From Schizochytrium sp. TIO01 (taxonomy: Eukaryota; Protista; Bigyra: Labyrinthulomycetes), in assembly GCA_004764695.1 (NCBI GenBank), contig SMSO01000035.1, forward strand, positions 4,476,040 to 4,540,039: a DNA stretch of 64,000 bases, written 5' to 3'. The position numbers and the translations under genes are program-made. The notes beneath the pieces are model-generated. The model was not told the origin of the DNA. It worked only from the letters and a program-made list of their open reading frames with translations, and ran no database searches. Position 1 is the stretch's first letter. Each line of letters opens with the position of its first letter. Of the stretch, positions 47,330-59,740 are shown one piece after another.

Positions 47330-50300
47330 TTAGTGGACATTAGACACCATATCACGCAGCTCCTGAGCCACTTCCTGTCCATTAGCCTCAACAAGGCCCA
47401 AAAATACACCTGATGGGATGAGTAGCAGATTGTGAGGAGAGTCGAACTCCACCAGTTTTCCTTTGTCGAGCACCATAACTCTAGAGGAATCCATGATTGA
47501 ATGTAAACGATGTGCAATCGTTATGACGGTCGAGCCTGCAAACGAGGAACGGACGGTATTCTGAATCAAAGAATCAGTGACGCCGTCCACAGAGCTTGTC
47601 ATTTCATCACAAAGGAGAACCTTTGGCCTGCGTAGAATTGCCCGTGCTAGGCAGAGGAGCTGGCGTTGCCCTTGACTAAGGTTTGCACCTGAATCACCAA
47701 CTTGCTCATCCAACTCTACTTGCGAAGCTAGGCAAGCCCGCTGCAAGGCCTCCAAGACCTGAGTATCTGAAAATTCCCCAAATGGATCAACATTAAAGCG
47801 GACAGTGCCTGAAAACAATGTTGGGTCTTGGGGAATAATTGTTAACGCTCGGCCTCGCACATCAGCGAGTCCTAATTTGGAGAGATCAATTCCATCAATT
47901 GAAATGGAACCGCTCGTTAGCTCACGCAAACGGAAAAGCGCAGTGGCCATCGACGATTTACCGGCTCCAGTTCGACCACACACTCCAACGTGCTCCCCAG
48001 CCCGAATGCGAAATGAAAGTCCACAGAGAGCTGGTGGCAAAGACGCACGGTATTGAAGCACTACTTTTTCGAAAACTACCTCTCCTTGCGAAGGCCAGTT
48101 TGTTGCCGGGGCAGGTCCGGTTGTCTGCAAGCTTGGTTCTTCCTTAAGGTTTGCGTACTGAATAACTCTTTCGACGCTAGTTAGCTTGGCTTCAGCCTGT
48201 GTACTCATGGTCACAAAGAAGTTGAGGGAGGTGGTGAGGTTGAAACTCCAGAGAATAGCAAGGCCCACAAGACCGGGTGAAATAGACTCCCTCGCGAACC
48301 ACGCAGCCAGTGCTACTGCAAAGGTTACTAAGCCACCCATGAGCTCGAGACGCAACCCAAGCCACCGATTTGAGCTAACAAACCCAAAAATGGCCATGTT
48401 GTTACTGTCTATGAGGCCCTCGTTATCTCGTAGGAAACGCTGAGTTTGCCCAAATGCGCGAACTGCAGCTAAACCATCCAAAGTCTGACGAAAATGGCTT
48501 TGAATTGGACTTCGACTTGTGGAGTCCAACCGCTGAAGATCCACGCAAGTGCGTCGATAGTACGCGTGCAATAAGAAAAAGAGGATAAGGACAGGGCCGA
48601 TGAGCACAGCAGCTAGTGGAGTTACGCTGATCATGAGACATATAGAAGAAATCATCCACAGTGTTGACGCAACAGTGCCGTTAAGTGATTGTATCAAGAG
48701 ATCATCTACAACCTCAGTGTCGAATGAAAACCTGTTGGTTATGCGACCGAGAGGAGTTGTCTCGAAAAATTCCATTGGGCACCGAAGTACCCGCCAGGTA
48801 AGATTATAAAACAAGGTCCGAGACGCTCGTCCACCGCCATGCATGAATGTAAAACACCGTGCAAAAACAAACACAGAGTTGATCAAAATTAGCACAGCGT
48901 ATATGATCGAATAAAAACGGGTGTCAGAACCATCTGGAAAGTTCCAATGAACATCTGGCGGACCAGATTCTGCATCTGCCCATGTCGCGAGCCACCAGTC
49001 ACTTGCCAAAAATGTAACTCGCTCAAGAATCATCAAGACCATGACAAAGGTCATCCAGCCGTAGCCACCCGATGCTAGAATATATTGATGAGCAACTGCA
49101 AGGTCAATTGTTCCGGCCTTTCGTTCTTCCTCAGTCATGAGCTTTGAGCTTTCAAAATCTGCAGACATTAATTGTCCATCGTCGAGCATAGAAGAAGCTA
49201 CTCGGCTATCCTCTGTGTACTCTGCTTGCGGATGATGTCCATCCTCATGATTAATTCCTGAGCGAGGCGCTACAGCTTCGCTAGTTTGTGTAGTTAGCAA
49301 TATACTTTCCATTACGCTTGAAAGCTGCGCACCTCCAATTTCTGTGTCACTGTTGGTCGCGATTTCTGCTTGATCACTCTCGGCGTTCTTGTGCAGGTCT
49401 TCAAGTTCGGTATAGGTACCTTGGTAAGCGATGCGACCTTGAAACAACACTAAGACATGGTCGCAAACACCCAAATTTTGTGCCGCATGAGTCACGAGAA
49501 CGCGTGCAGATTTACGAAGTAAGCCTGTACGAGGTGCTAACAGACGCTTAAAAACAAGCTTACCGACATGGCTATCGAGTGCACTCAAGGGGTCATCGAG
49601 AACGATTACATCAGGATTTGCATATGCAGCCCTTGCCAAAGCCAAGCGAGCCTTCTGTCCACCACTAAGAGTGACGCCTCTTTCACCAATGATTGTCTTT
49701 TCACGTTCGTGGAGCTGCTCTAAATCCGACCAGAGGCAACATGCGTGTAAAACATCTCGGAAGCGCTTCTCATCGAATGGCTTGCCAAACGTAATATTCT
49801 CTTCTACAGTTGCACTAATAATCCAAGGAGCCTGGGGACAGTATGCGACAGAAACACCTGGCTTTCGGTACTCTTGGCCTCTGACTAACGCAAGTTCACC
49901 TAGTAATGCCGCGACTAGAGAGGACTTTCCACCTCCAACAGGTCCAACAATTGCCACAAGTTGGTCGCGTTGGATTTTCACGTTAATGTTTTGCAAAACT
50001 TCGGTTGACGTCTCGTTGTCAGAGCTATCACCAACAGCCTTTGGGGCTGCTGAAAGTATTGGCCTTTCCTTTGCAGTCCAGGAAAAAGACGCGTCGCGTA
50101 GTGTAATCAAAGTATCATCATCTTGAACCTCTCCATCTGGCAGAACTTCGCTTTCTTCAACAATGCCCGATTCTCTCTCCTGAAACGCTTCTGCAGGTCC
50201 TTCAGACTCACTACCAGACGAGGAATTCTGGCGCACAATAAGTGACATAGCTTTTTTGTGTGCCAGGGACCTTTGATTGCTCTTGAACGTCAGAACTTTC

Positions 50301-51509
50301 CGTTGTATGCTTAGCAGTAGTTCCACCTTGTTCATGCCCGTGTGGTCTTTGACATTGAAAAATGAAGCGATATAAACGGTCGATCGCGACAATGCATTGA
50401 GCACCCATCATAAGTGCCTGCGAGATAAGCATCAAAGGAAATTTCAGTACATTAAAAAAGGCCAGAGCGGCGAAAGTGTCTGCCGCGTTGAGAATCTCTC
50501 CGGTTGCACCAGCTGTCACAAAGGTACCCATACTTGCCATTGTTGGCGTAATAATAAGAACTGAAATAACCAGGCCGAAGAGATAGAGCTCACGAAATAC
50601 ATAGAATAGCTGCTCTTCTCGAGCTTCGCGAATCTTCTTCAAAAACGGCATCTCCCAGCTGAAGAGTTTCACAACCCGAATTCCAGAAAGTACCTCTACA
50701 CAAAGACGTACACGGGCATCCATGCGAGGCATGTGTTTGGTTCTTACCTGACGTTTCCATTTTGCCATGAGTAAATTGATGGGCATAATCAAAAATAGAA
50801 CTAGAATTCCAGCAAGGGCAGGGAGACCTAGAACTTTGAGAAGAAAAGCGATGGCTACAATTCCTTGCAGTGGGCCAGCCCAAAACAAATGGAGAAACTG
50901 TGCGATCTCGAATAACTTTTGGGCATCTGCTGACATCATATTTAAAATCTCGCCCGAAGAAATTCCAGACATTTCGCACGCTGGCAGCGTAAGTAGATGC
51001 TCATAAACTAATGAAATAAATAACGCTCGAGACTTTCGGCCTGCAGTAAAGGCATAATGAAAGTGAAGTTGACTTGAGAATGCGCTGACTATACTCGACA
51101 ACAACAATGCAATCGCATAATAAAGTCCATCAAATGAACCTTGCTCAATACGTGCAACTAGTTCTCTTAAAAGGATGGGGTTTGCAAGTTGGGCACACGT
51201 GTAAAAAAACATGAAAACGCCAGATACCATGACTTCGTGCTTGCTCAAGCGAATAATAGCAAACATAAGCTGTCGTGGGGACTCCAGGCAAATATTTTTC
51301 TCACGAAGTTGTTCCCAGAAACTATTGCGCAATTCCTTAACAGGTTCTCCATCTTGTAGTTCCCATAAATCATCCTCTTGCAGCTGCCGAGAAAAGCCTT
51401 GGCGGACTAGGGGTGTAACCCAACCAAAGGTTGCCTTGAAAAACAAAGAATCGGGTACCTGGCGGCGTTGTTTGCTCACACCAACGAGGCCTTTCTCCTG
51501 GAGGCCCAT
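47330..51509 (-). CDS. ABCC/MRP-type ABC transporter (TMD1-NBD1-TMD2-NBD2, ~1,390 aa), split by a +1 frameshift between ~50365 and 50211
   Basis: Lasso-like TFGWVTPLVRQGFSRQLQEDDLW and GIRVVKLFSWE in ORF 50211..51509. NBD1 (GPVGGGKS, LSGGQ, VIVLDD), FFETTPLGRITNRFS and NBD2 (GRTGAGKS, LSQGQRQL, LLCDE, TIAHRL) in ORF 47330..50404. Confidence 0.93.
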
Positions 51510-54500
51510 TTCCGGAGGACTCTGACAAGTAATGGCAATGCAAGACTGCCTCTTGTTTAGTTTGACCGTTCCAAAGTAGAGCCTTCAACAATGAGTAATT
51601 CCTAGTTACAGTTTCTGGTTCGTTTGACTTGCAAAGTCGGAACTGCAGGGTCAACTCTGCTGAGCCCACTCGTATCAAACTGCGTCTCTGCGTAGTGATT
51701 CAAGTTTACTTCGCTTCCTTTACAGACTAACTTAATCTTCTCTCGAGTACTGTTCGCGAGCAGGTACTACTCGCGAGCAGGTAATAACAGTCTACACCAC
51801 CTAAGGTGGGTGCGCTGTTCAGATTCTGAACCTTCTATTGTGGTTGTACGACAGTCAGATATTGGCTGTCTTTGACGTTCAAAACTGTCCCTACTCGGCT
51901 CCCAAATTCCAGGACATTCAAGCTTTAATCCCTCAACTCCGAGTCGAGCAAATGGAGTTTGCCACGAAGTTCGTGTCGGTATTGGTTCTGAAACTGCTGC
52001 CTCGCGAGGCTGATCGCTAGACGGGCCAGTTAAGATACGGTTTGTTACAGGTTTGCTGTAGACATTTGGAAAGCAACGAAGGGAATAAAAACGCCTTTCA
52101 GATATGAACGCCCAACTTTTTGGTTCTCCCTAATTGGTCCTTAGCACTTTCTACGAAACTAAAAACTAGTTCTGGCAGTAGAAGAAAGGACAAAAGCATG
52201 TTTTTCCCAAAAGTCGAGTGCCACGTGCTCCTCTTTCAACTTCCTCTTCTTTGATGAAAACTGCTAGCTAGGCACCTAGCTATGCACTAAGCTAGGCATT
52301 GCAAACATCATTTTAAATATTTATTATCATCATTAATTTATATAATGCGGAAAACTTTAATTTGATTTTAATTAAATTTTAATTTTAAAAAAGAAGAAGA
52401 AGAAAAAAGGAGTTAACTGAATAGCGATAACATGGATAACAATTCAAACTTGAGGACTGTGCAAAGACTTCGCTGCGTGACATGGCATGTCCACCAACAC
52501 AGGACACAGGCACCGCTCTTCGCAGGGAGGAGAGTCCTCCACCAGCCAGCACAGCGGCCTCAGGGATACGGAGAGCACCATGAAGTACGCTCTGCACGGA
52601 AGAGGTCTTCTTCGAGGCGGTGGATGCTTGGTTGTCTCTATCTAGCTAGAGACAGAGCAGACATCCTCATGTATATATTTACTCAATGAAACTAATTGTT
52701 CAAGTTTCCAAGTGGGTGTTTCCTTTGTATTCGCCTCTGCTAAAGATCCACACGTAAGAACTCGTTGGTGCTACGGCGAACGGCGATAGGACAGACAGCT
52801 TGGGTGCTGAGTACGTCTTGACATGATTAGAGCCCTGGCAAAGGAAAGGCTCTCGTTTACAGGCACTTCTCACGGCGACGCCTCTTTTCGCTGCTTGGTC
52901 CACTCTGACCAACAGGGTAGGGCCCCTTGCTTATGCTATGCTTGCTTGCTTGCTTATGCTTGCTTGCTTATTTCAGACCTGCAGCGAACAGCTGAGCTCA
53001 TCGCTCGTTCCGAGCCACCTTTCGAGCTGCTTTCAGACAGGTTGGAAGGGACTTTGCTTGACTTCGGGCCTTGCTTTCAGGACTCGCTGTTCCCGAGGCC
53101 TCGAGGCCATCGGCGCTACAGGTTTGTGATCTATTCGTTCCTGGCGAGCTCGATCGTTTCTGCTCTGTTCATAACTAACTGACTGACTGACTAACTGCCC
53201 ATGGCCAGGAATCCTCTGTGCGAGGAAGGTCATTGCAGATCAGCTGTTCCGTCACTTCGAATCAGGCCGCCGTCAGTCTTGGGCGTGTCCATCCGGCCCC
53301 TGCAAGATATCTGCTTCCCAACGCAGCCTCGTTTTCCACGCGCTCCAGAGAGACCCAGACGGCTTCGTGGACGGAGACAGCCATCCATCATCCACGCTTT
53401 CGAAGGGCTGCGCTCGAGTTCCCATCAGAAGAGAAGCGGATCCTGCTCTTCCGACCTTGGCCCACTTGCAAAGAGCTTCTCCGCTCAGCGCCCACCAAAG
53501 CAAGCTCAGGATGCCTGCCCTAAAGGCGCCTTGGGAGGACTTTCAACTAGAGGCGCCCGCTCATGCCATTGCGTGGTTTCTTTCTTGAGAGATACGCGTC
53601 CGCCCCGTGGGATGCCTACCGTAGGCTGCGCGTTTCCTTCCGCCCTCCAGCCTCGGATGGAGCAGACCAAAATTGAACTTTTCAACAGTAGGGACTAGTT
53701 CACATCACATATCATTCGATCAGTCTTGAAGGAGAAGGATGAGTGAGGTCCGTCATCGAACTATTCGGCATTACTGCTCTTCAAATCGATTGTAGGGTTG
53801 CATGGCATATGCGACATGTGCAGCAATGTGGCAGTAAAGCAAGGCTTCAAAGTTCCAAGTCATCGAATAAGGTTCGCATGAACGTGATGGACATGGCCAC
53901 AGACGCCGAATTTATAAAAGTTCCTCCTATGTTAATGGTAAGCTTAAGATCATTAGAGTTTTTTTTAAAAGTTTTTTTGGTTTTAAAAGAAGTTTTGTTA
54001 TTTTTTATTTTAAAAAGTTGTTGAAAAAGTTTTATTGTTTTGGTTTTGGTTTTTGATTTTTCACAAAAGAGAGAGAACCAGCAGAAGATTCCGTACCAAT
54101 CAATAGCTTCTGTTCAGCGAGAGCGTAGGGACGTGTATCGAGATACCACGGTAGCTAGTTATTTGGGAACAGAAGCATAGGAAATAGGGCAATCTAGACC
54201 AACTGAGGTTTTGTCCATTTTTGCTAATTGTTTTAAAGAGCTTGCTTGATATATCACCCTGTGTGCAATAACGGCAGAGACGGATCAACCTTGCTCTTCA
54301 ACAGATCCTCTGGCAAGCGGATGCAAAAGTATGTACTTCTACTTCGTGCATGTCCAAACTTGTGGTTCTCAACTTCCGGTACTTAAATAGCTAGAAGAGC
54401 ATGCACCTTGTCACCTTCTCAAAGTCTAACCTGAGCGGATAGTGCAAAAGAGATGAACGTGTGAACCAAAGACTACAGATGCTATATAATTCCAGACGTG

Positions 54501-55601
54501 TCTTTTTCGAATGTTAAGAAATCCAAAGTAGCCAAAACCGCCACACATAAGTCTTGCGAGGTTTTCTTGATGTAACGAAGCAACCGTGAGACCATCCTAA
54601 CAATCCGAGTGAGATGAGTAAATAAATCATAACGCTCACACCTTTGCTTGTAAATTTATAGCAGGGTAGCCTCAGAGCCATGCTACCTTATCATGAGAAT
54701 GCATCATCCTGTCAAATATAAAGCAACAGGTCCATTGTTCTGTGCTAGTTCCTCTGAAAAAAGGTATCAGGGAATAGTGTTTGTATGGATCGTGCAACAT
54801 GGTGTTACACCTGTTCAGCATCGCCATGTTCTTATTGCCTCCCTGTTTCTTTCTTCTCAGCTGCAAAATGTAGTGTTGTTTCACGTACGCTCTAGACCAT
54901 AATCCGATTTTCTATTTCTATGAACTGAGTCTTGGCGAGCATTAATTCATCATAACTAGCTGAGCCCAATTTTAGCTTTCGGGTATGGGAAAACAAAAAG
55001 CTGCTTAATTATGTTTTCCAACAATCCATCGACATTGTGAGTTGTCCTTAAAGGTCTAATTCAATCCGAAGGCTTCCCCTGGACATTTGGTACTGCTCTG
55101 CTGTGGCCCACCTGCCGTGTTATGTCTTTTCTTTGAGGGCTCATACGTAGCTATTTGCATAGGGGGGTGGATGCCAAACTACTTCTCCAACATACAAGCC
55201 CTACCATACTGAGGAGTTCTCATTCTAGATTGACCATTGGCCTGTATGTTTTCATCTTATCTTTCAATTTGCTTGCCTCCAAGGAAAATAAGAGTACTTT
55301 GATTGAAGGGAGCGCTCAATCTTTGTCTGTGAAGAAGTGAATTCTGATTCACCTGCTTTATTACTAGTATAATGAGCTAACGGATTTATTTGGTTTTCAT
55401 TTTTTTTTCAAAAGAAAGAGTCCCTGCCGTACATACTAGTAGTAGTCAAATATATAAGATTGAACTCAAGACAGGTGAGCCCCTCACTATAGCTAGCTAG
55501 CTAGCTACACAAGCTAAGAGATTTGAGAAACACACGGAAGCGACTGAGCGCAGCCAAAAGTCATTCATAGACGTTCCTCGTTGGGTGGAGTCGTCGGCGA
55601 G

Positions 55602-58600
55602 ATGGCCACCACCTCGGATTCTCACATTGTTGTAGGCTGCCGTGTACGACCTCTCAACGAACAAGAGCTTTCCCTTGGCAATGAAAGTGTATGGACGTGC
55701 TCCGCTGAGAAAAGTCGCATTTGGCATGACCCCAAGACACCATATAGCTATGATCATGTCTTTGATGAGGGCGAGGACAATGACAATGTATATGAAAAAC
55801 TAGGTCAACCAATTATTTCTGGAGTTCTTGATGGGTTTCACGGTACAATCTTTGCATATGGGCAAACTAGCTCCGGGAAAACCCATACGTTGCTCGGTAC
55901 GGCTGAGGAAATGGGCGTGATTGTGCACAGTGTGCATGATATATTTGAGTTTGTGTGTCGCGCGCCACCCGAAATGGAATTTCTCATTCGCGTGAGTTAT
56001 CTTGAAATTTACAATGAGGAGGTGAAAGATTTACTTGGTGGAACTACAGAAGCTGGTGGGCTCCGCATCATAGATGATCCCAAAAAGGGATGTCATGTTC
56101 GTGGGCTAAAAGAGGTAGTGGTTCTGTCCCCTGACCACGTTTTTGAGCTTCTGAAAGCGGGTGAAGAAAAACGCCATTACGGTACAACCAAGATGAATTA
56201 TACAAGCTCACGAAGTCACACCTTATTTCGAATGATCGTTGAGAGTCGAATGGAGGGCACAGTAGAAGAAGCAAAGCAAGTAGGCGATGACGATGATGAT
56301 GATGATGATGATGATGAAGATGATGATGTAGCTGATTTGAAAATGGAAACAATCTCTAGATCTCTGAAATCCGCGAAAAACGCTTCACGAAAAAACCAAC
56401 ACCCAGGCAAGGTTGTCCAAGTATCCCAGTTGAATCTTGTGGACTTAGCAGGCTCTGAGCGAGTTTCTAAGACAGAGGCAACCGGCGCCAGACTTAAAGA
56501 AGGAGCAGCCATCAACAAATCCTTACTGGTACTCGGGACGGTAATCAATAAGCTCGCAGAAGGCCACAAAGGACACATCCCATTCAGGGACTCAAAACTC
56601 ACACGATTATTAAGCAATTCCTTGGGTGGAAATGCAAAAACAGCAGTGATTTGCACTTTATCTCCTGCACAAAGAAACTTTGAGGAAAGCAAAAGCACGT
56701 TGCATTTTGCTTCGAGAGCCAAAACAATTGTAAATCGAGCAGTGAAGAACCACATATTAGATAAGTCAGCATTATTGGACCAATACAAACAAGAAATTGT
56801 GCAGCTTAAGCTCCAACTTGCATCCGGAAAATCTGTAGTGGATTTACCAGAGCTGTCACAGGTGCGTCAAAAGCTTCGCGAGGAGGAATCCAAGCGTCAA
56901 GAGCTCGAAGAGCAAAGTGTACAAGACAAAGCCGCACTACAAGAAATGCGCAAACTCGTTATGCTTACATCAAAGCTTGCTGCAAACCCTTCTGTTTCAG
57001 GTCAGCTTCAGGAAAAACTCAAGGCACTTGGGGAGGGCATAGAACAGCCTAAAAGGTCCTTGAAGACGTGGAAGAACTTATGCGTGTAGCAGAAAAAGAA
57101 CAGCGCGTAGAGGATGGTGTCGGAGAAGATGAAAAGCTGACCTTCGAACAACTTTCTAAAATCCTCAATCTCAAGCGTACAAAACGGAGGCGGCGCCGGC
57201 TCAGCTCATTGTGCCAAAATATCGTTACTTCTATGGCAGAACAGCGTAAGACAGAAGAACTTCAAGAAACAAGACAACTCCTGAAAGACCACCTAAATTC
57301 GCGGCTTCAAAATATCGAAGCTGAGTTAAGTGAAACTCAACAAAAGCTCGATGAAGCAGTTAACGCGCGACATCAAGCGGAGCAAAAGGCCACCAATTCT
57401 ATTGCTCAACTGCAGTCCTCTACAGAGCAACTTCAAGAGCTCACTGCTTGTCTTGTCGAGCGGAATGAACAGCTGGAAGCATTAAAGCAACAACTCAACG
57501 AAGCCCGAAGTCAAGCAGAGACTCTGCAGACTGATCTAGATCAGTCTCAAGAGACTGTAGAGACCCAGCATAAAGAAATTTCACAACTCAGAGAAGATAT
57601 AGCAACCCAAAAGAATTCTTTGTCTGAGTATGAGAAACGCCTTGAGCGTGCTGCCGAACAACAAGCAAAGCTAGAAAAAGATCTTAATGAACACAAGATG
57701 GTGCAGTCCAAAAATGATCTCTTATTCAAACAGGAGCTTTCTGAAAAAGAGGCAAGCTGGGCTCAAGTTCAGACACAACTTGAATCTTTGCAGCTGGAAA
57801 ACAGTTCTCTTGCCGCAGATTTACAGATAGCAAACGAGGGGAAGCAACAAAATTTGGAGATTCATGAACAAGAACTTTTAGCACAAAATAGTCGAATTGA
57901 AGATCTTAGTAAGCAATTGAGCAGAAGTGAAAGCCAAGCCAGCAAATTTCAAGAAGCTTTACGGGAAGCTCAGCATGAACTGAAAAGCTTAGAAAGTGCC
58001 AATACAGACCTGATTCGGGAGCGGGAGCAGTTGCACAGAGCAAACCTAACTGCTGTTGAAGAGCAAGAGACCCAGTTGCAAGGCTTACTTGTTCGTCTCG
58101 AAACCCAGCAATCACGCTCGCGAGCCCAAATAGTGACCCAAGAGAGTCAGTTGTCGGCTCTTCAAAAGCAGGTATCCGCATATGAAACAAAAATAAAACT
58201 ACTACAGAGCCAGGATACCAAACGATTAGAATATGCACACCGCCAGCACCTGTCTCAAGAAATTCAGGTCCGAGCAGTTTTGCTTGAATTTGCAGATGGG
58301 CTGGAAAAACAAATCCAAGATTTCACAAGACAAACTTCTCAAGCTTTCTCCAGACAGACTGTCAAGCTAGATGTGCTCGCTCGTTATATTCCCTGCCTCC
58401 TCCAGAAGCCAGAAGAGGCTGATGCACTGCGTGGTGAGCTAGATCGTGTCACGCAAATGTGCCGTGTGGCTCAAAATCAGGTAGCAATATTACAAGAGCG
58501 ACAACGGCAGACGTCGTCACAGTCACTAATTGATTTTGAAGAAAAAAGGCCATCACATTTACAGCAGCGCCGAGAGCAAAGCCTTGTCCGGGAAATTGAG

Positions 58601-59527
58601 GACCTGAAAGCTCGTCTGAATCAAAAAGAGCGCGACTTGCAAGGACCTATGATGATGAAATTAACAGCGCAGTTTGCAGAAGAGATGGAAGCTCTCGAAA
58701 AGGAACTTGCACGTGCAATTGATCAAGCTAAAGTTGCGGAAGAAAATCAAAGTCTTCTACAAGAAAGGTGTATAGAACTCCAGCTCGAGTCAGATCGTAA
58801 AGATGCAGAGTTAGACCGATCTTCACGTAAACTTCAGGAGCTCAGACAGGAGGTGAATTCGAAGTTAACGGAAGTAAGTCATGCTTGGGAAAATTCGTGT
58901 GTTGAGAACAGGCGTCTTGTACGCCAATTATCAGATATGCATTCGCATTGTCAAGAGCTCGAAGAAAGCATGCAAAATGCGCACAAGGAGGCCGAGCAGG
59001 CAACAGAAACGTTTTTAGCTTACCAACGTGGTGCAGAAGGAAGAGAAGCGCATCTTACTAATCTGCTAAGACAGCAGCAACAACTCCAAAACACTTTTGC
59101 TCATCGAAATGGCTCATTTGATAAAGACGATTCAGAAACCTCGGGGTCAAATCTTTCTACACTTGATGAAAAGGTATCTGCGGCACGCACGGCATTAAAA
59201 TCCTACACAAGCTCAAATCGGGAAGTTAAACGTGCAATACCTGCAAGAGATAACAAGATGTACAGCCCGCATTCTTCAAACAGAGGTTCGCAGAATAACA
59301 AGTCTGCCAGAGAAATTGAAACGCTGCGGCGTCAGCTGGATGCTGCGCACGACGAGCTGGATGTATTTCAGCGTCTTGATGTATATTCAACGTCTTTAAA
59401 GCGAGGCTTGCATTCATATCGTCGAGATTCAAAATTTAAAGAGTCGTCTCGTGCGGATTCAACTTATCCCACACCAAACCGGGCTAAAACAGATAGACTC
59501 TTGCGTATCTTGCAAGAACAAGATTAA
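55602..59527 (+). CDS. Kinesin-7 (CENP-E-like) N-terminal motor with a long coiled-coil stalk (~1,310 aa), split by a -1 frameshift near 57053
   Basis: ATG at 55602. Motifs IFAYGQTSSGKTHT, SYLEIYNE, RHYGTTKMNYTSSRSH, LVDLAGSER and HIPFRDSKLTRLL. GQTSSGKT and RHYGxTxMN are typical of kinesin-7. Adding one A at CCT AAA AGG gives PKKVLEDVEELMRVAEK, joining ORF 57068..59527. Confidence 0.9.
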
Positions 59528-59740
59528 ACTTACAAGATTCTGTATTCTATTGTTGTAACAATATCCATAGCATCTAGTTGTTTTAGGAATGTAAGATCCC
59601 AGGTTTATCGAAACAAGAGGGTGACCAATTTTAGAAATTGATATAGCATAAACGAAGTGCCCGGGAGTATAAGGTTGGAAGGCAATAGCAAAAATTAATA
59701 GAGAGGAACAAGAAAATAAACAAACAAGCACAAATGATTT

